Under the pieces are notes generated by a model. That model saw only the letters and a list, made by a program, of their open reading frames with translations, was not told where the DNA came from and ran no database searches. Shown here in pieces: positions 21,258 to 30,977 of a stretch of 64,000 bases of DNA; the first letter of the stretch is position 1; each line of letters starts with the position of its first letter. The translations under genes were made by a program, and so were the position numbers. This DNA comes from Candidatus Delongbacteria bacterium (lineage in GTDB: Bacteria; CAIWAD01). The stretch lies in NCBI GenBank assembly GCA_963663545.1, contig OY760505.1, positions 992,001 to 1,056,000 on the forward strand, written 5' to 3'.

Positions 21258-21976
21258 GCGACACCTCCCGCGCCTTCGCCATTACGAGTGCGCTGACGAC
21301 GCCGTATCACGAGCTGGAACACACCGACACTTAGCAACATAATCACCAGCCGTATCACACCGGCCTCGCAAAGCACGGCCACTCCTCGAGGAAGCCAAAT
21401 CTGATCCAGCACCGTAGTCTCTAGCGCCGACAGTGCGAACAGGCCAAGAAGCGGCAAAGGCAGCAGAAAGGCCGCCTGCACACCCCAGCGGCGCGCAATG
21501 GCCTTGCTCATGCGTGCACGCCCCATGAGGAAGAAAAGCACAGAAAGGTGCGTGATGAGTACAAAGCTCAAATCCATCAGTGGCAAGGAATGGCCGAGAG
21601 TGGCGGCCGCCAGTCCGCGGTCCAGCAGATCCAACTCCAGCGGAACAGCGGTCAGCAGACAGAGCAGGCTTACCAGACCGCTCAAACTATTCAGTCTGAA
21701 ACGATTGCCCGGTGTGCAAAAGACCAGCGCATTCAACGGCAGCAAGAGCAAGACGACGAGCCAGTTTACCGCGTCCGGCTTCAGCAATAGGGCGGGGCCC
21801 AGTGCCGCTGCATAAACAGCGGCCTCAAGCGGACTCACCGTGCGCAGCTGAAAGGGACGTTCTCCGGTAAGTGGGTTGACGCCCGGACGCCAGATGATCT
21901 CGCGTTCACGGCTGTGTCCCGCCTGTTTCAAGGTTTCACTTCCACCCAGGCCGATGGTTTTGCCACGGGAATTCAT
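21254..21976 (-). CDS. Polytopic membrane protein in the RnfE position
   Basis: ATG 21976 overlaps the rnfD stop; about six hydrophobic segments; assigned mainly by gene order, with only weak sequence resemblance. Confidence 0.45.
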   Translation of the reverse strand: MNSRGKTIGLGGSETLKQAGHSREREIIWRPGVNPLTGERPFQLRTVSPLEAAVYAAALGPALLLKPDAVNWLVVLLLLPLNALVFCTPGNRFRLNSLSGLVSLLCLLTAVPLELDLLDRGLAAATLGHSLPLMDLSFVLITHLSVLFFLMGRARMSKAIARRWGVQAAFLLPLPLLGLFALSALETTVLDQIWLPRGVAVLCEAGVIRLVIMLLSVGVFQLVIRRRQRTRNGEGAGGVA

Positions 21977-23049
21977 CGCGGTCCTCCGGGCTGAGTACAA
22001 CGGTCCATCCAGGGTGTCAGCAGGTTGACCAATAGCAGCGCCAGCAGCGGGGCCACTTCCTGATCGGAATACAAAAGGGAGGGCAACAGGAAAAGGCCCA
22101 ACAACAGCGAATAAATTAATTTGCCGCGCTGGCTCAGGGGCGAGGTAACCGGATCAGCCGCGAGGAAGAAAATCAGCATCAACAACAGTGTGCCGCGCAG
22201 AGAAAGGACGGCCCAGAACCAGGTGCTGAGATTCGTTTGCAGCGTAACCACACCCCCCAGCAACAGAAGGCCCAGAGCCGGTAGCGGAATGCGCCAGTCG
22301 AGGACGCGATTCGCGCTCAGCCAGAACATGCCCGGCAGGAGCAGGACCAAGGAAGTGCAGCCCAGCAGTCCGGCGTGGGAAGGCCAGACCAGCTCCAGCG
22401 GTGTCCATGTCTGAAGCAGATCCTGCGCGTAATGCATGACGCTGAGCACATCCCCGCCCGGCCATCCAGCGGGCAGGTCGATGGGCAACTGGCCGCGCAG
22501 CGTCTGCTCAAGAATGCCAGCACAATGTCCGGCTACTTCGAGCGGCGTTTGTAGTACGCGCATGGCCGCTGTGGGCCAGGTAAAGAAACCGCCCTCACGC
22601 CACCAGAACGGCGCCAGACGTGCCGCGGCGAGCTGTGGGGCCAGGGCAAGGGAAATCAATAGACGGACGGTGACAGCCGGATTCAGTGGATTGCGGCCGA
22701 TGCCGCCAAAGAGCTCGCGACTGAGCAGAAAGCCGATGAAGGCCGAGCCTAGCGCCCACCAGGGTGACAGCCCGGGAGGCAACAAAAGCGCAAGGATCAA
22801 TCCCGAAAGCAGGGCGCTACCATCGAGCACACGCTGGCGGTTTCCCAATAGAGCTTTCAGAAAGAATTCAGCTAGAATACTTCCCGTGATACACGCCATA
22901 AGAAGCAGAAGCGCGGGTAATCCATACACCACAACGCCCCCAAGAGCCGGCAGCGCCAGCAAGAGGTTGACGCGCAGCATGATCTGTGGCAGGCTTAGTC
23001 CGTAGCGCAGAATGGGCGTTGGCGCAAGGACAAGGGTCTCAGTTCGCAT
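21973..23049 (-). CDS. rnfD: RnfD/NqrB family membrane subunit
   Basis: PTPILR...IMLRV.., DGSALLSGLILALLLPP, LFGGIGRNPLNPA, QTPL, FFLAADPVTSP, LLVNLLTPWMD. Confidence 0.8.
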   Translation of the reverse strand: MRTETLVLAPTPILRYGLSLPQIMLRVNLLLALPALGGVVVYGLPALLLLMACITGSILAEFFLKALLGNRQRVLDGSALLSGLILALLLPPGLSPWWALGSAFIGFLLSRELFGGIGRNPLNPAVTVRLLISLALAPQLAAARLAPFWWREGGFFTWPTAAMRVLQTPLEVAGHCAGILEQTLRGQLPIDLPAGWPGGDVLSVMHYAQDLLQTWTPLELVWPSHAGLLGCTSLVLLLPGMFWLSANRVLDWRIPLPALGLLLLGGVVTLQTNLSTWFWAVLSLRGTLLLMLIFFLAADPVTSPLSQRGKLIYSLLLGLFLLPSLLYSDQEVAPLLALLLVNLLTPWMDRCTQPGGPR

Positions 23050-24412
23050 GGCGTACCTCGCGCAATTGCCAGCGGCCCTTGCGCAGCGCATGGCCAATAT
23101 TGATGCGGCTGGGACAGACCCAAGTACAGATGCCGCAATCCAGGCAGCACTCGAGCCCGATGGCAGCCGCCTCCAAAAGACGCTGTTCCTCGATCAAATG
23201 CACCAGACGCGGAGGCGAAAGGTGGACCGGACAGGCGTCAAGGCAGTGCCCGCAGCTGATGCAGGCGTCCTCACGGAACACGGGCAACTCGACGCGCGGC
23301 CAAAGCTGCAAGCTGCGTTGTCCGGCCAGCAAGGGTACGACACCCAGCGTCAGCGGCGCGCCATCCAGCATGCCGCCCACCAAGAGTTGTCGTTGCAACT
23401 CGGGAAACTCCACGCTCTCACCCCGCAGGGCGTGCTGCAAACGCAGATAGATCCAGCTCAGCTCAGCGCCCTCGGGCGCCCAAACCTGCTTCGCCTCTCC
23501 CCTCTCGCGGTCATACCAGGTCAAGGGATGCAACAGACCGCCATCATCGTGTAACACGCGCTGCTGGGCTCGTAGCAGACGATCGGGGTCCATCACCAGA
23601 ATGCCCTGTGCCGCCAAAGGGCGCTGCGGGTCGGGAAAACGCTTTAACACCTGGGCAGCCCGCAAGCGTGCTCTGCTGGCGGGATAAGTGGGCGAAAGGG
23701 TTTCAATCTTGGCCTTGCACTCGGGCGGTAGCAAGTCCACCACCTGACGAGCCATGTCGCGGTCTTCTTGGGCCACATGCAGTTGGACTTGCTCAAAGTC
23801 TGCTAAACGCCACATCAACTCGATGCCAAGGGCCAGGTCGCTGCTACGCTCACGCAGGAGCCAGCTCAGCGTGTGCTGTCCGGGTTGGCATTCCAAGGCG
23901 TGCAGGATGAGGGTGGCTCCTCGCGGAAGCAGACGGCACTCCAGATCCAGCGGCAGCCCTTCCTGTCCGGCCAATCCCATCACGGCCAACTGTTTCAGCA
24001 ACTCGGTACGGCTCATGGTACGCCATGCGGGCACGGTCTGTCCAGCAGTCCGGGCCTGAAGCTCCGTCAGCACAACACACTGCATGCGCGTTTGCACGGC
24101 AGGCGTCTCACCTCCCAAACCGGCCACCAGAACCGGATGCAAACCTACATCGGCTACTCGTGCAGAAAGTGGGCTGATGCGCGGCCGCGAGAGCAAACCG
24201 CAAGGCTGTGACAAGGCCTGTCCCTCGCGCACCCAGTCGCCCGGACGCACGAGCGCGCGCGCCTCGTCGTAGCGCGAGCTCTGAATGGGTAGGATGAGTC
24301 GCGGTGGCAGATCATTCAGCACAAGGCTTTGTTCCGCCAGCAGGCTGCGCCCTGAAAGCAGGACGCCTTCCTGCAGTCTGAATCGAGGCATGGGGGGACC
24401 GCCAGAGCTCAA
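23039..24412 (-). CDS. rnfC: RnfC-like subunit with degenerate flavin/NADH-binding motifs
   Basis: LVRPGDWVREGQ N-terminal sandwich, YPAS, GGMLDG, C-terminal CISCGHCLDACP and CLDCGICTWVCPSRI. Confidence 0.75.
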   Translation of the reverse strand: MSSGGPPMPRFRLQEGVLLSGRSLLAEQSLVLNDLPPRLILPIQSSRYDEARALVRPGDWVREGQALSQPCGLLSRPRISPLSARVADVGLHPVLVAGLGGETPAVQTRMQCVVLTELQARTAGQTVPAWRTMSRTELLKQLAVMGLAGQEGLPLDLECRLLPRGATLILHALECQPGQHTLSWLLRERSSDLALGIELMWRLADFEQVQLHVAQEDRDMARQVVDLLPPECKAKIETLSPTYPASRARLRAAQVLKRFPDPQRPLAAQGILVMDPDRLLRAQQRVLHDDGGLLHPLTWYDRERGEAKQVWAPEGAELSWIYLRLQHALRGESVEFPELQRQLLVGGMLDGAPLTLGVVPLLAGQRSLQLWPRVELPVFREDACISCGHCLDACPVHLSPPRLVHLIEEQRLLEAAAIGLECCLDCGICTWVCPSRINIGHALRKGRWQLREVRHAN

Positions 24413-24861
24413 TCGAGCCGTTTCAATTCGTCAATGAATTCCTGCACGTCCTGAAAGCGACGGTAAACCGAGGCAAAGCGAATGTACGCCACTTCGTCGA
24501 AGGCGCGAAGCTGCGAGAGTACGATCTCGCCCAACTCGCGACTGGTGATTTCGCCCGTGGCCACGGCCTGCAACTGCAACTCGCGCTCAATGCGGTCGAG
24601 CAACTCAACCACCTGTGCATCGTTGTGAGCACGCTTGGTCAGCGCCGACTCGACACCTCGACTGAGCTTCGCACGGCTGTAGAGCTCACGACTGCCGTCG
24701 CTCTTCTGCACGCTCAGCTGGGTGCCTTCGATGAATTCGTAGGTGGTAAACCGCGCCTGACACTGCATGCACTCGCGGCGGCGGCGGATGGCGCTGCCTT
24801 CGCGTGCGGGTCGGCTGTCGATCACTTTGTCCTCAAGATGACCGCATGCAGGACACTTCAT
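24409..24861 (-). CDS. nrdR: Transcriptional repressor NrdR
   Basis: MKCPAC..DKVIDSR..IRRRRECxxC..RFTTYE, ATP cone, VAYIRFASVYRRF. Confidence 0.96.
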   Translation of the reverse strand: MKCPACGHLEDKVIDSRPAREGSAIRRRRECMQCQARFTTYEFIEGTQLSVQKSDGSRELYSRAKLSRGVESALTKRAHNDAQVVELLDRIERELQLQAVATGEITSRELGEIVLSQLRAFDEVAYIRFASVYRRFQDVQEFIDELKRLD

Positions 24862-24886
24862 GACCAGGTCCAGGATTCGGGGAAAA

Positions 24887-24914
24887 GGTGCCCGGCACAC
24901 GTGTGCCAGGCACC
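24887..24914. other. 28-bp near-perfect palindrome between glyA and nrdR
   Basis: GGTGCCCGGCACAC|GTGTGCCAGGCACC, one mismatched pair, no loop. Confidence 0.8.
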
Positions 24915-24929
24915 CTCCACATCTTCAGC

Positions 24930-26228
24930 TCACACGCGCAATTCGGGATACAGCGGGAATGCGGAGGCCAGCTCACGCACCTCGGCACGCACTGCGGCCA
25001 GGGTCTCCTCGCTCTTGTAATCCGCAACGACGCGGGAAATGAATCCGGCGATCTTGCGCATCTCGTCCTCCTTGAAGCCCCGGGTTGTCAGGGCCGGAGC
25101 ACCAATGCGCACACCGGAAGTGATCATCGGGCTACGCTCGTCAAAGGGCACCATGTTCTTGTTGACCGTGATGCCCGCCGCCTCAAGCGCCTTCTCGGTC
25201 GCTTTGCCGGAAACGCCCTTGTCGGTCAGATCCACCAGCACCAGATGGTTGTCCGTGCCGCCGGAGACCAGCTTGAAGTCATGGGAAAGCAGTGCCTGGG
25301 CCAGCGCCTGAGCATTGGCCTTGACCTGCTGGATGTACTGTTTGAACTCGGGACGCAGGCACTCACCAAAAGCGACGGCCTTGGCAGCGATGACGTGCAT
25401 CAGCGGACCGCCCTGGATTCCGGGCATGACCACGTTGTCCAGGATCTCACTCTGCTGCTTGACACGACCGGACTTGCGCGCAACTTCTCCGTGTACGTTG
25501 TCATAGTCTTTGCCCATAACAATCAGACCGCCACGCGGGCCGCGCAGAGTCTTGTGAGTCGTCGATGCGACAACATGCGCATGGGGCATCGGACTGCTGT
25601 GCTCACCAACAGCCACCAGACCGGCGATGTGCGCCATGTCCACAAAGAAGAAGGCGCCCACTTCATCGGCGATGGCGCGGATGCGCGGAAAATCGATTTC
25701 ACGCGGGTATGCGCTGGCACCGGCAACGATCATGCGCGGCTTGTGCTCGCGGGCCTGCGCGGCCAGCTGGTCATAGTCAATGGTACCCGTCTCGCGGCCA
25801 ACGCCGTAGGAGACGAAATTGTAGAGCTTGCCGGAGAAGTTTACAGGGCTGCCGTGCGTCAGGTGTCCGCCGTGGGCAAGATCCATGCCCAGCACTGTAT
25901 CACCGGGCTTGATGAAGCTCATGTAAACGGCCATGTTCGCCTGACTGCCCGAGTGAGGCTGTACGTTGGCGTACTCGCACTGGAAGAGCTCGCGGGCGCG
26001 GGCGCGGGCCAGATCTTCCACTTCGTCCACAAACTCACAACCACCGTAGTAGCGATTGCCCGGATAGCCCTCGGCGTACTTGTTCGTCATTACCCCGCCC
26101 TGGGCTTCCATCACGGAGAGGGAGGTAAAATTCTCCGACGCAATCATCTCGAGGTAATGGTCCTGGCGATCGTGCTCGTGGGCGATGATCGCACTGACCT
26201 GCGGATCGGTCTTTATCAGATGCTTCAT
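24930..26228 (-). CDS. glyA: Serine hydroxymethyltransferase
   Basis: [42 protein letters not shown] (PLP lysine). Confidence 0.98.
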   Translation of the reverse strand: MKHLIKTDPQVSAIIAHEHDRQDHYLEMIASENFTSLSVMEAQGGVMTNKYAEGYPGNRYYGGCEFVDEVEDLARARARELFQCEYANVQPHSGSQANMAVYMSFIKPGDTVLGMDLAHGGHLTHGSPVNFSGKLYNFVSYGVGRETGTIDYDQLAAQAREHKPRMIVAGASAYPREIDFPRIRAIADEVGAFFFVDMAHIAGLVAVGEHSSPMPHAHVVASTTHKTLRGPRGGLIVMGKDYDNVHGEVARKSGRVKQQSEILDNVVMPGIQGGPLMHVIAAKAVAFGECLRPEFKQYIQQVKANAQALAQALLSHDFKLVSGGTDNHLVLVDLTDKGVSGKATEKALEAAGITVNKNMVPFDERSPMITSGVRIGAPALTTRGFKEDEMRKIAGFISRVVADYKSEETLAAVRAEVRELASAFPLYPELRV

Positions 26229-26743
26229 ACTTGCTCCTTGGCTCCTGCGCTCTCTGTCGGTCCTAATTCACGACCGATCAGTTCGCCCTGGTGGATCTGC
26301 TCCACCCGGCGGGCGTGGCGTCCGCCCTCAAATTCAGCCTCCAACCAATGCTGAAGGATATGCAGATTCTGTTCTTCGCTGCGCAACCTGGCCGCCAGCA
26401 CCAGGCAGTTGGCGTTGTTGTGCTGCCGCGACAGGCTGCCCTGCTCCACTTCGAGGCACAACGCGGCGCGCACTCCGGGCACTTTGTTGGCGACAATGGA
26501 AGCGCCAATGCCGGAACCGCAGGCGACCACGGCCAGCTCAAACTCGCCCTTGGCCAGCGCGCGTACACAAGGGAAAATCACCTGAGGATAATCGCAGGAA
26601 TCGGGGCCATGACAGCCGAAGTCGCGCACAATGGCTCCCTGCTCCTTGAACCACGCGGCCAAACGCAGTTTGAATTCCCAGGCGGCGTGATCCGTCGCCA
26701 GGCCGATCACGCGGCCCTTTAGTTCAACAGCCACTGGTAGCAC
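26225..26743 (-). CDS. rpiB: Ribose-5-phosphate isomerase B
   Basis: [41 protein letters not shown]; exact start uncertain. Confidence 0.93.
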   Translation of the reverse strand: MLPVAVELKGRVIGLATDHAAWEFKLRLAAWFKEQGAIVRDFGCHGPDSCDYPQVIFPCVRALAKGEFELAVVACGSGIGASIVANKVPGVRAALCLEVEQGSLSRQHNNANCLVLAARLRSEEQNLHILQHWLEAEFEGGRHARRVEQIHQGELIGRELGPTESAGAKEQV

Positions 26744-27978
26744 TCTTTTTTCGGCAGATCGTACTTGTTGAAGAAGCGGTCGCCGGCGGTAGGCAGCACT
26801 TCCTCAAGCGAACTCCGGCGGGCACGGGCCAGACTGCGGCTGCCATCGCTGACCTTGTCGTACTCATTGTAGGCCAATTCATACACCAGCTTGTCATCGA
26901 AATCCAGGCCTTCGGCGCTGGCGCACTGGTTCACGGCTTCTTCGTAGACATTGGCCATCAAGATGTAGCCCTTGCCGTACTCGGGGAAGCTACGCTCGCA
27001 GCGACGTGCCCAGTTGCGCGCATTCTTCAGCTGCCCCAGCTCCAGATAGGTGCGGCCCACCCGCTCCACCAAGTCGGCCTTGTCCCGCTGGATCTCCACC
27101 ATCTGCTCCAGCACCTGAACGGCCTCAGCCAAACGACTCAGCCCTTCAAGCGCGGTCGCTTTCATCTCCAGAGCGGGAACGGAAACGGGATCGGCAGCCA
27201 GCAGCTGCTCGACGAGCACCAGAGTTTCCTTGAAGGTCTCGGCGGTCGCGTACTCCACCAGAGCACGTGCCAGTTTGCGCGTGGTGTTAAGATCGTCGGG
27301 GAACTGCTCGTGGTTGCGACGCAGCGAGGCAATGATCTCTTCGGGATCGTAATGCTCCGCCAGAATGCGGTCCTTGGTCTTCGCATACTCGGCGTCCTCG
27401 GGCCGCAGGGTGATCAAGGTGTCCAGTACTTCCAGCACCCGGTCGTAGTCTTCGACGCTATCGCTGTCTTCGGCACGATCGAGGTAGATGTTCATGATGT
27501 CAGCGTGGGACTGCCAATCTTCGGGGTCCAAGGCGACGCAAGCCTTGAACTCGGCCAGGGCAGCGTTGGTATCGCCGCTCTGCTTCAGCAGCATACCCAG
27601 CACGCGGTGCTCGTAGTGCTCCTCAGGACGCAGTTCGACAGCCAGCTCAAGAAAGAAGCGCGCGGAATCGGGCATGGCAAGGTTGCTGTAGCAATCGGCC
27701 AGCTTCTTCAGGTCAGCCGAATACTCGTACTCGGTATCCATTTCAAACAGGCGCAGATAGTAGCTTTTGGCCTCTTCGTAATTGTTCTGCTTGTAATACT
27801 CGTAAGCAAAACTGCGCGCCTTGCGCATTTCCAGGTCCAGGGCCTGCCGCTCAGCCTCACTCAATTGGGCAGGGGCGGGCTTGGTCTCTTCGGTCGCAGT
27901 CTGGTAAGTCGTGTTGCAGGCTGCCAGCAGCAGCAGCGCCAGCAACATCATGCTCAGATGCGGGCAAAAGCGCTTCAT
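26719..27978 (-). CDS. Tetratricopeptide-repeat lipoprotein
   Basis: ATG 27978 with RBS; lipobox LLAAC; repeated helical TPR-like units. Confidence 0.75.
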   Translation of the reverse strand: MKRFCPHLSMMLLALLLLAACNTTYQTATEETKPAPAQLSEAERQALDLEMRKARSFAYEYYKQNNYEEAKSYYLRLFEMDTEYEYSADLKKLADCYSNLAMPDSARFFLELAVELRPEEHYEHRVLGMLLKQSGDTNAALAEFKACVALDPEDWQSHADIMNIYLDRAEDSDSVEDYDRVLEVLDTLITLRPEDAEYAKTKDRILAEHYDPEEIIASLRRNHEQFPDDLNTTRKLARALVEYATAETFKETLVLVEQLLAADPVSVPALEMKATALEGLSRLAEAVQVLEQMVEIQRDKADLVERVGRTYLELGQLKNARNWARRCERSFPEYGKGYILMANVYEEAVNQCASAEGLDFDDKLVYELAYNEYDKVSDGSRSLARARRSSLEEVLPTAGDRFFNKYDLPKKECYQWLLN

Positions 27979-28010
27979 GATATTCCTTCCGGGTTGCTCT
28001 ATTGTTTGCA

Positions 28011-29240
28011 TCAATACTTCGGTCGATGGAACCACAGGTCGCGGGCCGTGATACTTGCGCCGATCGACCACCACTGGTTCTCGATGCCCTGCTCGTCCAC
28101 ATCACCAATGCCGCCGTAGGTCAGTGCCAGATCCAGCCAGGTGCCCGGCTTGCGCAAGGGGACTCCCAGGCCGCAACTGACCTGCCAGCTGCTCAGATCA
28201 TCATAGACATTGGTGCTCTTGTTGAAGAAGCGTGATACTTCCTCTTCGTAGCGGAAACCAGCACGCAGAATGAGTCTGCGATAGAGCGGCAAGGTAATGT
28301 CGTCGGTAGGCAGGAATTCCAGGCCCGTAGCAAAACCCAGGGCTGTATCACGCAGCTGTTCCTCTTCCTGGCCCATGTCCACATCGTCAAGATTGGTGTA
28401 GCTCATGTCCGCAGAGGCGCGGAAACGATGCCAGTTTTGTGTCACACCAGCCTCAAGGACCATGGGCATATCGGTGTGTCCAGCCTCAAACTGCTCATCG
28501 ATTTCGTAGGCCTTGTTCTCCAGGTCAATTCGATGATTGACGCTTGCCGTCGGCGTAAAAGCCAGTCCCAGCCCAGTGTTGCCATTCTGCCAGTGCAGGC
28601 CTAGGCGCGGACGGAATCCGCTCAGGCTGTTGCGATACTCCAGCCAGGTATCGTAGGGAGGTGCAACCGCCGGGTAATACACCTTCCACTTCTCCAGCAT
28701 GCTACCGAAAACCAACCCCAGCTCAAGGCCCACGTGCAGATGTTCCGCAAAGAAGCCACGGCTGAAGGTCAGGTGGACTACGCTGAAGCCGCCATCACCA
28801 CTGCGACTGTAAATGAACCTGCGACCATCGGCATCGGTAGAGTCGATGGCACTCGCATACTCCATGTGTGTCACGGGACGCATGCCGATGCCGGCGGATA
28901 CGTTCTGCCACACCAGCGGCATACCCAGCGCATAATTTCCCACGACGCCGCGCGACTGGTTATCGCTCTCGAGCGGTGTCTCGAAATGGTCGTTGACCAG
29001 GCCAAAGCCCAGTTGAAAGCGCGTGCGTCGTCCGGTGTGAAACACGGCCGGGTTGCGCACGTTGATGCGCATTGAATCCACCTGCGCCATGCCCGCGCCG
29101 CCACGGCCCATGTCGGCCACGTTCTCAGTCCAGACGGCGCTGCCATAGGGCGAGGCAGTAAACACACCGCCGGCAGCGGTGGCTTCGTGATACAAACCGC
29201 AGGCCAGGGCTGCCAGCAGGATCGGTGTCAGCTTGTTCAT
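28011..29240 (-). CDS. Outer-membrane beta-barrel protein (FadL/OmpP1-like)
   Basis: Signal peptide; N-terminal SPYG..MGRGGAG..NPA segment; alternating beta-strands; C-terminal WFHRPKY. Confidence 0.65.
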   Translation of the reverse strand: MNKLTPILLAALACGLYHEATAAGGVFTASPYGSAVWTENVADMGRGGAGMAQVDSMRINVRNPAVFHTGRRTRFQLGFGLVNDHFETPLESDNQSRGVVGNYALGMPLVWQNVSAGIGMRPVTHMEYASAIDSTDADGRRFIYSRSGDGGFSVVHLTFSRGFFAEHLHVGLELGLVFGSMLEKWKVYYPAVAPPYDTWLEYRNSLSGFRPRLGLHWQNGNTGLGLAFTPTASVNHRIDLENKAYEIDEQFEAGHTDMPMVLEAGVTQNWHRFRASADMSYTNLDDVDMGQEEEQLRDTALGFATGLEFLPTDDITLPLYRRLILRAGFRYEEEVSRFFNKSTNVYDDLSSWQVSCGLGVPLRKPGTWLDLALTYGGIGDVDEQGIENQWWSIGASITARDLWFHRPKY

Positions 29241-30553
29241 GGCCGCTCCCAGGGTGCACTATTGGTTTTAATGGAAAGCGAGGGCCGCAGGCTATCCGGG
29301 GCATCCGGACCCCAGACCCGCAGTTTTCTCACCGACTGTTCGTAATACCTGTCGTAGCGCACGCCCAGCGCAATGGGATCCGTCGTGGTGAAGGAATCCT
29401 CCTCCAGCCAAATGTCACGCAGCAGGCTGACAATATTAAAGCACAAGGTCTCGATGGGCTCATCATCATTGTTGAGCAGGCTGTCGTAGTCGGTGGCCAC
29501 CCACCAGTCCGGATCCAGTTCGCTGCCTTCGCGATAATCGCCGATGTAATACGCGTTGATCGCACCCTGTCCTGTGTTGTAGATGCGCTCCTTGAGATGC
29601 AAGGTTACCCAGGCGTCGCTGATGTTTCCCAGCAGGTAGTCGATGGGCTCACCTTCCTCGTCCAGCAGGGTGTTCCAGGGATCAAACTCCATCACCAAGT
29701 GCTGACCAGGGCCGCTGGACAGCCAGTAGCCATCCGGTTCGCCCACTTCCATGGCAATGCCCGACTGCCAGTCGCAGACCACAGAATCCACGTAGGACAC
29801 AAGCGGATTCTCCGTGTCCACCGTGTCCGCCGTCCACCAGCGCCAGCGCAGGTTGGGACGAATCTTGCTGGAAGCACCGTTAGCGTAGAAAGACAGCATG
29901 CCCGAGTTGTTCTCCGCAGGCTTCAACAGCAGCAAGCGGCTTGTAGTATCCGCCGAGTTGAACCACCAGCTGGGAATGGGGCGAATGGTGCGAATACCGG
30001 TGAGGGGATCGCCTTCATCACTTGTACTGTCGCGCTGATACACACGCACATTCACGCTATCCAGCACCGTAGTGTACAAGCCCTCCGCAGAATGGAAGTT
30101 GTTCCAGCGAATGGAGTCGGGGTCGGGAAATCCGTCCACGTCCAGGGCCTCATCGATTTGCTGCAGCAGGCAAAGAGTCAAATCGACATAGCCGCTGTCA
30201 TTGCTCATCTGCGTGATACGAATCGCCGAAGAATCGCCAATCACCTTCAAGCTGATGTAGGTGATCAAGCTGTCTACCTGACGCGAGGCGTTCCAGCTTT
30301 CAAGAGGCGTATAATCGAACTTCATGATCATCTCTGCGTGAAGTCCGAGTGTGTCGTTGTGGCCTACGACCTGACGCGGTGCGTAGCTCAAAATCTGGGG
30401 ATACATGTAGGTCCCCATCTGTGTCAGCGCGAGGGTGTCCCACGCGCCTGCAGGGTCACCACCGGGCTCAATGCCCAAGGTGGTCGTGCTCTCGTCGCAG
30501 CCCAGCATGGCAACGAAGGCCGCGAGGAGCAGGAAGCAGTAGAAGCGACGCAT
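29237..30553 (-). CDS. Hypothetical lipoprotein
   Basis: Lipobox AMLGC; AAGGA RBS; stop overlaps the start of the barrel gene. Confidence 0.7.
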   Translation of the reverse strand: MRRFYCFLLLAAFVAMLGCDESTTTLGIEPGGDPAGAWDTLALTQMGTYMYPQILSYAPRQVVGHNDTLGLHAEMIMKFDYTPLESWNASRQVDSLITYISLKVIGDSSAIRITQMSNDSGYVDLTLCLLQQIDEALDVDGFPDPDSIRWNNFHSAEGLYTTVLDSVNVRVYQRDSTSDEGDPLTGIRTIRPIPSWWFNSADTTSRLLLLKPAENNSGMLSFYANGASSKIRPNLRWRWWTADTVDTENPLVSYVDSVVCDWQSGIAMEVGEPDGYWLSSGPGQHLVMEFDPWNTLLDEEGEPIDYLLGNISDAWVTLHLKERIYNTGQGAINAYYIGDYREGSELDPDWWVATDYDSLLNNDDEPIETLCFNIVSLLRDIWLEEDSFTTTDPIALGVRYDRYYEQSVRKLRVWGPDAPDSLRPSLSIKTNSAPWERP

Positions 30554-30977
30554 TGTATTCCTTGCTTTTCGGAAAACTCAAAATATAGCCGCCGACGGCG
30601 GTGCATACAAGGGAATGCGCCGCCTTGGTATGAGGATTCTGCTAATAAGGTGGCGTATCACGGGAGGACAGATTCTGTCCCTGCAACCGGCCCTCGTGCA
30701 AGACGAGATAGGGCAATGTTAAGATCCTGCACATTGCTGTTGTAGATCGGGCAGGCAAAGCTGACTTAAAGCTGACTCCGACCTCTACTTTCATGCTATC
30801 TAGTTGATTTTTAACATCTAACACAGAGTGCTGGATTGAGACACAATTGGCATTTGATTTGCATAGTCGATTCGTTGTGCCTGAATAAGACCTGAAAATC
30901 CATTCAATAATGCCCGCGTGCGACCCCCCGCGATTCGTCGTGCGTGCGTGGGAACCAAAACCAATTTAGGAGGGGAC

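Noticed and set aside
24888..26354. 488-aa plus-strand ORF
   Set aside because: Antisense shadow of glyA.
29225..30745. 506-aa plus-strand ORF
   Set aside because: Antisense to the lipoprotein gene, which has an RBS, a lipobox and operon coupling.
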